From Octopus sinensis (lineage: Eukaryota), in NCBI RefSeq assembly GCF_006345805.1, contig NC_043000.1:32550001-32614000 (forward strand): a DNA stretch of 64,000 nt. Direction: 5' to 3'. Positions 49,860 through 61,145 of the stretch are shown piece by piece. The position numbers were made by a program, and so were the translations under genes. Position 1 is the stretch's first letter. Each line of letters begins with the position of its first letter. The notes beneath the pieces are model-generated. The model ran no database searches, was not told where the DNA came from, and was given only the letters and a program-made list of their open reading frames with translations.

Positions 49860-50325
49860 TTCGACTTCAGTGCCGGTGGCACGTAAAAGAACCATCCGAA
49901 CGTAACCCTTTCCTTCTTGGGACACAATACTCCGCTTGCGAAGACCTGTTGAGGCAAGTAAAATCAAAATCGAAATCGATCAAAAATCAATGGAAATTGC
50001 AGCTGTGATACCAGTGCCGGTGGCACGTAAAAGAACCATCCGAATGTGGCTGTTGCCAGCGCCGCCTCGACTGGCTTCCATGCTGGTGGCACGTAAAAAA
50101 CACCAACCAATCGTGGCCATTGCCAGCCTCGCCTGGCACCTGTGCCGGTGGCACGTAAAAAGCACCCACTACATTCACAGAGTGGTTGGCGTTAGGAAGG
50201 GCATCCAGCTGTAGAAACACTGCCAGATCAGACTGGGCCTGGTGCAGCCTCCTGGCTTCCCAGACACCAGTCGAACTGTCCAACCCATGCTAGCATGGAA
50301 AGCGGATGTTAAACGATGATGATGA
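49860..50325 (+). mobile_element. RTE 3' UTR copy with expanded subrepeats
   Basis: Four intact ggcacgtaaaa subrepeats and canonical tail. Confidence 0.85.
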
Positions 50326-53031
50326 TTTACCCTCAGCCATTTCTGTAGGCCACACTCAGATGGAAAGTAAAATAACAGGAACATCATAATAAAGTAAGGT
50401 ACGTAGCATAGAGTATCCTGCTTGATAAAAACTGGGAAATTACTGCGATGGGATTGAACTCACACTCTTGTAGTCCAACAGATAGCAAACCAGTATTCAT
50501 ATTTCTATATAGGTGCAGATGTGGCTGTGTGTTAAGAAGCTTGTTTCTCAACTACATGGTTCCAGGTTCATTTCATCGTGTGGCACTTCAGGAAAATGTC
50601 TTCTACTTTAGCCTTGGGCCTGGATTTGGTAGATGGAAACTGAAAGAAGCCCATCATATGTGTGTGTGTGTTTTTGTCCGTGTCTGTGTCCCCCACCACC
50701 ACTACTTGACAATTGGTACTGGTTTGTTTATGTCCCCATAACTTAGCAGTTTGGTAAAAGAGACTGATAGAATAAGTTCTAGGGTCGAGAATAAAGTACT
50801 GGAGTTGATTTGTTCAGCAAAAAACTCTTCAAGGCAGTGCCCCAGCATGACCACAGTCTAATGACTGAAACAAGTCAGAGATAAAAGCTGTTAGGTCAGT
50901 AGAAGTGTTTCACCATGGACTGGAAGTTGAGAGAAGGTCAAGAAAGGGGGTGGTGAGACTTATCCAAATTCATTTGCCTTTGACTGAGGTCTGGAATGAC
51001 AGGAGGCTGCACCAGGCTCCAATCTGATCTGGCAAGGGTTCTACAGCTGAATGCACCTCCTAATACCAATCACTCCAAAAGTGTAGTGGGTGCTTTTTAT
51101 GTGTCACTGGCACCGGCCACATTTGGATGGTGCTTTTTATGTACCACCAGTACGAGAGCCAGTCATGGAGCACTGGCACTGGCCACGTTTGGAAGGTGCT
51201 TTTTATGTGACACCAGCACAGGAGCTAGTCAGGGGGCATTGGCATCAGCCACATTCGGACGGTGCTTTTTACCTGTCACTGGCACGGTAGCCAGTCAGGA
51301 GGTACTGGCATTGGCCATGAACAGATGGTGCTTTTTATGTGCCACTGGCATGGGAGCCAGTTTTATGCTTTTATGATTTAACCAGGATGGGGTTGGGGCA
51401 TATATGACCTTTCGAGGTCAGTCTTTAGATTGGTGACATTGATGTGGTTGATGTTAATTTAAATATTTTCAGGTTGGCGTCTGTCGGAAAATTGTGAGCA
51501 GAACAGAAATTGCAAAAGGGCTTATGTTTATTTCACCTCAGAACAGATATTAATCTTCGTTGATTAATGAGATGATTAGTCAAGATGAGTGATGTGTGAC
51601 CAGGAGAAGATGGCATTAGTGACTAGAAAAGGAAGGATGTATATGTTGTGTAGGCTGAGGTGAAGATGGAGGTGTGTAAGTAGCAAGTTAAGAGGAGCAG
51701 AAGCTGTTGTTGTAGCAGCGTATAAAAGAAAGTGAAGCCACAATGCATGGGTAGAGTAAAGTGAGTCCACTGAGAGATTCAGTGAGTCAGTGTTTCCCAA
51801 TGAGTCAGAGGGTTTTTTTACCATGTGTTTGTGATAGGATGTGGTGGGGGCGGGAGAGTTGTCGACATCAACATCCCAGATACAAGAGTAGTGCTCCATT
51901 GTCTGTGTGTGTAACAGCATCACTGATCTAGAGGCAGGAGGAGTACTGAGTGTTATAAAAGAAATGGTAGTTGTTCAAAGCTGATGAATTTTCTGAATGA
52001 AGTCAATGGTTAAAGTAAATCTACATAAACTACACCTGACAGGTGAGTTAATAAAGGACAGAGACAGAGAAACAGCTGTTCAGAAGAACCAAACAGATGT
52101 TATACAGTTGCTGCTGATAAACTATAACCAATATATTTACTATGATAAAGTAAAGGTACTTCATTATTTAAACAACCCCTTCCAGATATAAATTACACGA
52201 ATTGCTAACAACATGCTTATTAGTAATTTAACACCTGAAGATGATGATGATGAAATCTGAGACACCATCCCAGCCCAGAAAATTGATACACAAGATCTAA
52301 AACAAATAAATTGCAGTAACAATGATTATACTCGTCATTGTACAATTTAAAAGTTGTAAATGCTAGCTCACAGGTGTAATTGCACAAAGGTATGTGAACC
52401 AAATGCAACAGACTAAGCACAGTTCTCACCTGTCTATAATTAATATGACAAGTTCAAAGAGTGACAATTAAATTGTATTATGACTCCAGTCGAAGGTGTA
52501 TTTAAAAAAAACACACACAAATACTTAATTACTCACATAAATAGCAATAAAGTGGCAAGATGGCAGAATCTTTGGCAGATCAGACAAAATGCTTGGCATC
52601 ATTTCTTGTTGTTTATGTTCTGAGTTCAAATTCAACTGAGATCAGTTTTCCCTTTCATCCCTTCAGGGTCAATAAAAAGAGTACCAGTCAAATACTGGGG
52701 TTGATGTAATCAACTTGGCCTCCTCCTCCTCCCCCTCAGAATTGCTAATCTTCAACCTTGCAATGGACCAGCATCCCGTTCAGGGCAAATGTTGTGATGT
52801 TGGTCACTTACGAGACATGGAAAATGAGAAACCAGCTTTACATGTACTAAAGTTCAAAGAATAAAATTAACCCCCTCCCACCCCCAATCAGTTGTTCTCT
52901 GTTATTCCGTTGGTTCACCAGTCGAGTGTCCAGCAAAAAGATGTGAGTTTACAATTTGATAAATGGGCAGGAAAAGAAAAAAACTACAGCTGTCACTCAT
53001 AAGAGTATGATTCGGTAATATATACCATACT

Positions 53032-53261
53032 CAAAGGCGGCGAGTTGGCAGAATTGTTAGCACGCCGGGCAAAATGCGTAGCCATATTTCGTCTGCCGTT
53101 ACGTTCTGGGTTCAAATTCCGCTGAGGTCAACTTTGCCTTTCATCCTTTTGGGGTCGATAAATTAAGTACCAGTTACACACTGGGGTCGATGAATCGACT
53201 TAATCCATTTGTTCTTGTTTGTCCCGCCTGTGTTTAGCCCCTTGTGGGTAGTAAAGAAATA
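53032..53261 (+). mobile_element. tRNA-derived SINE with Meta-domain-like core and 15-bp TSD (related copies near 16200, 26400, 26640, 42115, 52555)
   Basis: TSD aatatataccatact at 53017-53031 and 53262-53276; gttcaaattcc B box; gcctttcatccttttggggtcgataaattaagtacc core (family name from recall). Confidence 0.8.
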
Positions 53262-55683
53262 AATATATACCATACTTCCACTAACCACCTTAGATTTATA
53301 CAATTGCGAGAAGATAGAGACTAACTTATCTTTCCATTTCTGAACTGAAACCAATACCTCCACCTTCGCTAAGGCAGAAGTAATCATACTGATTCACATT
53401 AGAATTCAAACTTAACACTACCAAACATTAATTATACTGTGCTTCCTCTATTTCTGCTAACGACTTATGGCTACCCAGTACTTATAACTGTATTGGAATG
53501 TTACCTGCCCTATGACAGGTAACACTCAAAATACAGCCATGGGTAATATAAGGAAATATATAATAAGATAATTTTAATTGAAGTTTTATCAAAGATTTTG
53601 CTGTTGATACAAAATGATGAAATTAATATGAATTTACAAAGCAAAAATATTTATTGCCTTAAAATGTAATTAAATACAACAAATTTCTCATTTGTATATT
53701 TACAATAAATGTTGATAGTTCTAAATTTTGTCAACATCATCACAATCTATTCCATTTAAAAGTACATCTGCAAAATTTCGTCAAAAAATGTGCATTTTTC
53801 CGAAAGTTACCATTGCCTGTCACCAAGCCCACCATGCGCACTCATCCTACACACCCTATGTTTTATCATTTACTTGTTTCAGTCATTAGACTGCGGCCAT
53901 GCTTGAGCATCACTTGGAAGGATTTCTAGTTGAATCAGTTGACCCAGTACTTTATATTTTAAGCCTTTTGCTGAACAGCTAAGCTACGGGGGAGGTAAAC
54001 ACACCAACACTGGTTACCAAGTGGTAGTGGAGGATAAACACACACACGTACACACAGATATATGGTGGGCTTCTTTCAGTTTTCATCTATCAAATCCACT
54101 CATAAAGCTTTGATTGACCTGAGGTTAAAGTAGAAAACACTTTCCCAAGTTGCCACACCGTGGGACTGAACCTGGAACCATGTGGTTGGGAAGCAGAGAG
54201 AAATCAACATTTCTATCAGTTATTATAACGTACAGACTGAGTGAATGGTTTCAGTTAGTAAGCCAACAGTGACAATAAGTATTAGCTGTGATGCTTTTAC
54301 TGTGTGTAAACCAAGTAAATATTGAAATTTGTAGAAACAGCAAACCCATACTTTTTTTGTGAAAGTTTGTAAAAACCCTTGAAAAAAAAAAGAAAACAAG
54401 GAAAACACAAAATGTACCCATGATGCAATACAAAAATTTCCACATTCTAAAGAAATATTTTAAAAACTCAAGAGATTTATAAGAGTAATATTTTGGATTG
54501 AGGCCAGTTCTACAGAAAATAATTACACACCGATGCCAAAAAAACTGTGGTATCCACAGGTATCAAGGCATTAAATTCACCATAAATATATTCTTCCGCT
54601 GATGATAATCATCATCATTTAACGTCTGTTTTTCATGCTGGCATGGGTTGGACAGCTCGATTGGGGTCTGGGAAGCCAGGAGGCTGCACCAGGCTCCAGT
54701 CTGATCTGGCAGTGTTTCTACAGCTGGATGCCCTTCCTAGCACCAACCACTCCGAGAGTGTAGTGGATGTTTTTTAAGTGCCACTGGCACAGGAGCCAGT
54801 CAGAAGGACTTGGCATCGATCATGTTTGGATAGTGCTTTTTATGTGCCACCAGCACGGGGGCCAGTCAGGGGGTACTGGCATCAGCCACATTCAGATGGT
54901 GCTTTTTACATGCCACCGGCATGGGAGCCAGTCAGGCAGACTTGATAAATAATTATATAAACACATACACACACACACACACATAGCAGCAGGTTTCTTT
55001 CTTACCAAATCTACTCTCAAGGCTTTGGTAAGCCCAGGGCTATAGTAAAAGATACTTGCTCAAGGCACTGTGCAGTGGGACTGAACCAGAAACCATGTGG
55101 TTGGGAAGCAGACTTCTTAACCATACAACCCTCTGACTTGAAATAGCAATGTGTTCAATGGACAGAGAGAAAACGCATTCAGCCACCTTAATTAGGCTGT
55201 GATCAGATGATTTAGAGGTAGAAAGAGGAGGCAGCGGTTTGGTGTTGGAAGCTGGGGGTGAAAGAATGGTAGCAGCATTCGGAAAGTCACTCCGCATAGT
55301 AAAGACTATGGTGCTTACATCAGTAGAATTGGTGTGAAATGTGTGTGCCAAGAGAAGTGACATTGAAGTTACTAAAAGTGATGACAACTTCGTGTCGGCT
55401 AAGAGGAATGGAGGAATATTTGAGTCCAATTAACTGCAGATATTTGCTACAAACGTCAATATGATGGAGGTGAATGGTAAGGGGAGCGGATTCAATGCGT
55501 AACAGCAGACACCATATTACAGAAAGTTGAAGAATAGAGTGAAATATAGACAACAGATATGAATAAGTGATAGGTAGAGGTAGAGAGGTGTCTCAGTAAG
55601 GAATAGAATGTCTACAGTTTGTCTGTGAAAATGAGATGGCAGTGGGTTCAAAGGAAACAAAATTGGCCAGAAGATTATTTCTT

Positions 55684-56108
55684 CAGTTCTATATTTAAGA
55701 GATGAGGAATTATGTACATTATTTATATTTGACAGATATTTGTCCTCATCCTGTTTGTTGTTAACACAACTTTTCGGCTGATATACCCACCAGCCTTCAT
55801 CAGGTGTCTTGAGGAAATTTCGAACCTGGGTTCTCATTCCTAAGATATTTTTCGATGTTGTTGTTATTATTATTATCATCATTATTATTATTATTATTAT
55901 TATTCAGGTTGGCGTTAGGAAGGGCATCCAGCTGTAGAAACACTGCCAGATCAGACTGGAGCCTGGTGCAGCCTCCTGGCTTCCCAGACCCTGGTCGAGC
56001 CATCCAACCCATGCTAGCATGGAAAATGGACGTTAAATGATGATGATGATGTTACTGCCTGGAATCGAACTCAGAATCTTGGGGTTAGTAGCCCATGCTC
56101 TTAACCAC
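55684..56108 (-). mobile_element. tRNA-Arg-like SINE with hammerhead-like motif, copy 1 (RTE tail inserted at about 55906-56050)
   Basis: Head 56051-56108, (AAT)n, body, motif at 55763-55808, tail ending aaatatagaactg. Confidence 0.8.
55763..55808 (-). ncRNA. Candidate minimal type I hammerhead ribozyme motif (mutated copy)
   Basis: GACAC CUGAUGA A GGCUG-loop-CAGCC GAAA AGU U GUGUU: stems I and II pair, core present. Confidence 0.5.
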
Positions 56109-58968
56109 CTGGTCTTTTACTGGGGGGGGGGGATAATAATAATAAGAAACTATGGCTTAAGGTAACTCCAGCATTGATATTATTAAATAATCCAACTAGA
56201 AATTAGTGGCTTTGGGTGAGTTTCTTGAAGCCATGTAGTTGCAGGAGAGGAGTATTAATTATAAACGGAGGAGAAAAAGATACAGGCTTATGTGGCAGAA
56301 GATAGAGCAACCTCTTAAGAGGCCACTAGCAACAGGTTCAAATCCCAGTCAAAGATTCACAGATACACTCTTGCATTTATTTCCTCCATCATTCCCATCT
56401 CTTCATCACTCAGAGCACACTTCTATGAGTTACATTGGTTGCTACCCAACACTTCCACCACTTGCACTTTTTTCTCTAACCACACATACAATTCTAGCCA
56501 CTCCTTTCTCTCACAGCCCCAACCCATTATTTCCCTCTACCACTTCTCTCTCTCTCTCTCTCCCTCCTGTTGACTGCCTCCCCATCTAAGATGCTTTCAT
56601 AACATTCACACTGTTTCCCTCTTTTCCTGCCTCTCACTTTCTGCTTCCTTTTCTCTCACTGCCCTCTCTGCCCCCCCCCCTTAACTAGTCTACCCTCACC
56701 ACAACCTCTCCGCCCCTTTCTTTCCTCTTGACCCAAGTCTATTGCTCTCTTCCTACCCTCCTTTCCCTCACCCTTGCTCCATACTCTGCCCTTATTTTAG
56801 GTAACTCTAGATACCTCTTTATAGAACCCAGCCCTTTTTTCTCAATACTCATCATTAATTCTTTCCTTTTCCCCTGCTCCCTTCTATATCCCCCCCCCCG
56901 GTTCTCTCCTTTTACTTACCATTCTTCACCTGTCCACTAAGAACTGTTACCAACTTATTTCCCTTCTGGCACCACAAACCTCCCCCTCTGCAAACAATAC
57001 ACTCTGTAAAATTGGTTAGCATTAAGAAAGGTATCCATCTGAAGAAACGATGCCAAAGTTGTCACTGAAGCATGACACAGTTCTCTGCTGTCAGATCCTG
57101 TCAAACCAACCAAGCCATAGAAGCTGGCACCGAGATAATAATAACAATGGTTTTGAAAGACCCGAAATTCACTTCCAATTAAGCTTCGGATCCAAATGAT
57201 TGTAGCATTGCAAACTCTGATAAAGGTACCCATTATACAGGAAATGTTAAATTAGATGATGTGTCAGGCTTAACGCATCACCTCAAAAAATATTGTAGCA
57301 TTTTATTGCAGACACAACAAGAGAAAGATTACACAACTCAGACTCCGTGCTGGTCATTCCATTTTCAGAGTGGTCAAGCTCTTAAACAGGCTGCCATTCA
57401 TTGCATTTGTGGAAACCACTGATCTTCCGAAGCAGTTTTCTGTGTAAAGGCAAGAAGAGAGAGTCTTCATTTGTAGAGCTGCCAAGAAGAGGAAGGGGGT
57501 AAGAGGGGAAGGGAGGGAGGGAGGGAAGGAAGGGAGGGAGACAGAAAGAAAAATCATGAAGGAGAATAAAGAAGAAATGATACAGAGACGCGGAAGGAAA
57601 TTCCACAAAGAAAAATGTGGGGGACAGGAAGCAAGATGAAGAGAGAGAGAGGAAGGAAGGAAGGAAGGAAAGAAGGAAGGAAGCAGTGTCTAAGAAAAGA
57701 TCAGTTCAGACTGAGTCAGCAGGGTTGTCATGAGGCGGTAGAGTTTCAACAGAGTCAGGGGTAAGTTGATGAGAGTAGGTGTGTCAAAGAAGCATTGGCA
57801 ACCGACTTCTGAGTAGTTGTGGAGGGGGATATTTATAGGAGAGAAACAGAAAAGACAAACAAACAAAAAAAAAGAAAAGAAAACAATACATATTAGATAA
57901 TGGACCCCCAAAAGGGATGAGATGAATGGTAGGAGATGGGATTGCATTGGTTTGTAAAATTCGTGGATAACACAAGTGACCAGATACATTTTAAACATTT
58001 GCTGTGTATATACACATACACACACACACACAGATGAGTTAAAATTAGCATATTTAATGCAAAGAACATTTTGCAGACTTTCGAACTGGTGGCTAAATAA
58101 ATAGAAAATTTGAAGATTGTTTTATTTACAGTCTACAGCTAAGAGTTTGGTAAGCAAATGGAATCCAAATCGGCACTAAAAAACAATGACAACTTAATTC
58201 TTTCGTAGTCATTATACCATTTCTTCACCTAACGCTAAGGAGTTTGTAAAGTTAGCAAAGAAATACAGAATTAGAAGAAATTCTATCCAAACTGGCACCA
58301 ATGCTCCAGTTTTGCAACCATTCAACTGCTGTGAGCAGGTGTAGGCAAGAGATAACCTTTCAAATAGGTAAAACAGGAGAGGAAATTTAAAGCTGTTCAG
58401 ACAATTAGACACACCTATCTCTTACAGGCTGTAATCTTCATGAACTGATGAGGTTGCCTCTATGAGGTTGTTCAACTTGTTAAAAATAGCAGCCAAGCCA
58501 GCCTTGCATCATATTGTTTTAAAAGGTGGAAGAACACACTAGATAATGTAGTTGTAGATAAATCAGATGGGATGGTCACAGCCAGGATGTCTTTGATCAT
58601 AGGTCTTCCCAATGATGGTTGACCTAGGGCTAAACAACATCCATTCATAAACTAAGTGATCGATCGGCGTAACAATGCTTCAATCTCTAAATCAATTATT
58701 TTCACCAAATATACAATCTTTTACCAGTATTGATTAAAAGTAAACATTTCTATTAAAATTAAATTAAAATAAATTATTATTTTACTCTTGATGAGTTTTG
58801 ATAGATTTCTTCTTTCTATCTCACTGACTCAACCCAGGGTGGCTGTGTGGTTAAGAAGGCCACATCCTGTGGTTTCAGGTTCAGTCCCACCACACTTTGA
58901 GCAAGAGTCTTCTACTAAGCCTTGTAAGTGTATTTGGTAGAGGGAAACTGAAAGAAGCCCATCATATA

Positions 58969-59005
<37 letters not shown>

Positions 59006-60130
59006 ACACACACATGCATGCAGTATTTCTTTGTCTTGACATAACAGGATAGTTTTAAATGAGCCCCACTGTCACAGGGAGAAATCTTACCTTACTGGCC
59101 ACAGGGAGTAATCTTACCCTACTTGGAAACATCTAAGTGTTGGTGATAGGTGGAAAACATCCAGCCAGAGAAAATCTGCCTCAACAAATTCCGCTTGACA
59201 CATGCAAGTAAGGACAAGTGGATGTTAAAGCAGTTATGATGATGATGATGATACTCATTGTCACACATGACCCAACAAGGGAGTACAGATAATCATTGGA
59301 TTTGCTAGAAATAGCAGACAAATCTCTCAAACTTTCTTTATAAAAAGGAAGGACATCATCATCATTTCACAAGGCGTTAAGTCAACCTGGAGCCATAACA
59401 GAAGATACTTGCCCAAGGTGCCATGCAGTATGTCTTTCTTTTTTAAGGTACGGACCAAGTGAAATGTCCTGATATCATTCATAGTATGAGGCTTCATTAA
59501 AATATGAAGACAGTAGGGGTCAGGGGTCAGTATTAGAACTGTTAATACAATCTGACATACAGCAAAGAAAGTTTATCTCGTTTTGGTCAGTGCTAAAAAT
59601 ATCAGCCAAATTTCCCTCAAATCACACTCTATTGTCATAAAAAAGGACAAATTAGACCACGCATAAATATCTTTTTCCGGTTTCTCAGTTTCGGTATTTC
59701 TACAGTTGGGTGCCTTTCCTAATGCCAACCACTTTTCACAGATGGAAAGCTTTTTATGATTGTCTGTTTGCTGAGGGTTGACCCAAGGTTAAACAACCAC
59801 AGATTTATTCAAGGCTTGCTTAAGAAAATCACACAGCATCGATCTTGATGACATTTAACGATTTGTGCAACGATAAAGTTTACTTCTATGTTTATTCTCA
59901 TTCCTTTTTTTGAGATAAGAATGGTAAAAAATCTGACACTCAGCATTTCTGAAACACAATATCTAATTCCAGCTGTTGTTGTTATTTACCATTTTATATC
60001 ACTGACAAACCCAGAAGGAGGTTAAGTTCGTTATCTGCTAATTACAGACTTACATCAGAGCTGACTCCCACAGTCTACTCTAGACTATATCATGTTATTT
60101 CAATGTAACAACAGAATATAATAAAACATT

Positions 60131-60372
60131 CATTATTTACATTTGATGGAAATTTGTCCTCATCTTGTTTGTTGTTAACGCAATGTTTTGGCTGATATAT
60201 GCTCCAGCCTTCATCAGGGTGTCTTGGGGAAATTTCAAACCTGGGTTCTCTTTCCTAAGGTATTTTTTGATGTTATTATTATTATCACTATTATTATTTA
60301 GGTCACTGCCTGGAATCAAACTCAGAATCTTGGGGTTAGTAGCCTGTGTGCTTAACCACTACGCCATATGCC
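60131..60372 (-). mobile_element. tRNA-Arg-like SINE with hammerhead-like motif, copy 2
   Basis: ggcatatggcgtagtggttaag head, (AAT)n, body, motif at 60177-60223; 3' truncated. Confidence 0.8.
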
Positions 60373-60534
60373 TGTGGGCATATGGCATACTGGTTAATGA
60401 ATTATTATTATTATTGATAAAAGTAAAATCTGAAATCCAAGGTGAAGGTCTACATTGGCGTCACTGGATAAAGTTTATCTTTGACATACTGGACTTGGAA
60501 GAAGCAAACACATACGAAATAGTGCAAACATACT

Positions 60535-61145
60535 CTATATGATGTAGTGGTTAAGAGCATGGGCTACTAACTTCAAAAGATTCCGAGTTCGATTCCAGGC
60601 AGTGACCTGAATAATAATAATAATAAGGATGATACGCAAATTCGTGAAGCGTTCCCTATTTTCATCATTACCAACGTTGCTTCACTGGCACCTGTGCTGG
60701 TGGCACGTGTAAAAAAATTCGAGCGAACTCATTGCCAGTCAGTCGGTACCGGCCCCCGTGCCGGTGGCACGTAAAAAGCACCCACTACACTCTCGGAGTG
60801 GTTGGCATTAGGAAGGGCATCCAGCTGTAGAAACTGTCAGATCAAGATTGGAGCCTGGTGCAGCCATCTGGTTCGCCAGCCCTCAGTCAAGATTGTCCAA
60901 CCCATGCTAGCATGGAAAGCGGACGTTAAACGATGATGATGATGATGAATGATAATAATAATAATAATATCGAAAAATATCTTAGGAATGAGAACCCAGG
61001 TTTGAAATTTCCCCAAGACACCTGATGAAAACTGGAGCGTAGTATATCAGCCAAAACGCTGATTTAACAACAAACAAGATGAGGACAAACATCCGACAAA
61101 TGTAAAATAATGTACATAATTCCTCATCTCTTAAATATAGAACTG
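60535..61145 (+). mobile_element. tRNA-Arg-like SINE with hammerhead-like motif, copy 3 (RTE tail inserted at about 60680-60950)
   Basis: B box GTTCGATTC at 60587-60595, (AAT)n, body, motif at 61017-61065, full tail. Confidence 0.8.

Noticed and set aside
57505-57540. G-quadruplex motif in a purine tract
   Set aside because: Low-complexity (GGA/GGAA)n sequence where such motifs are expected; no supporting context
60535-60610. Genuine tRNA genes at SINE heads
   Set aside because: No proper acceptor stem or cloverleaf; continuous with SINE bodies
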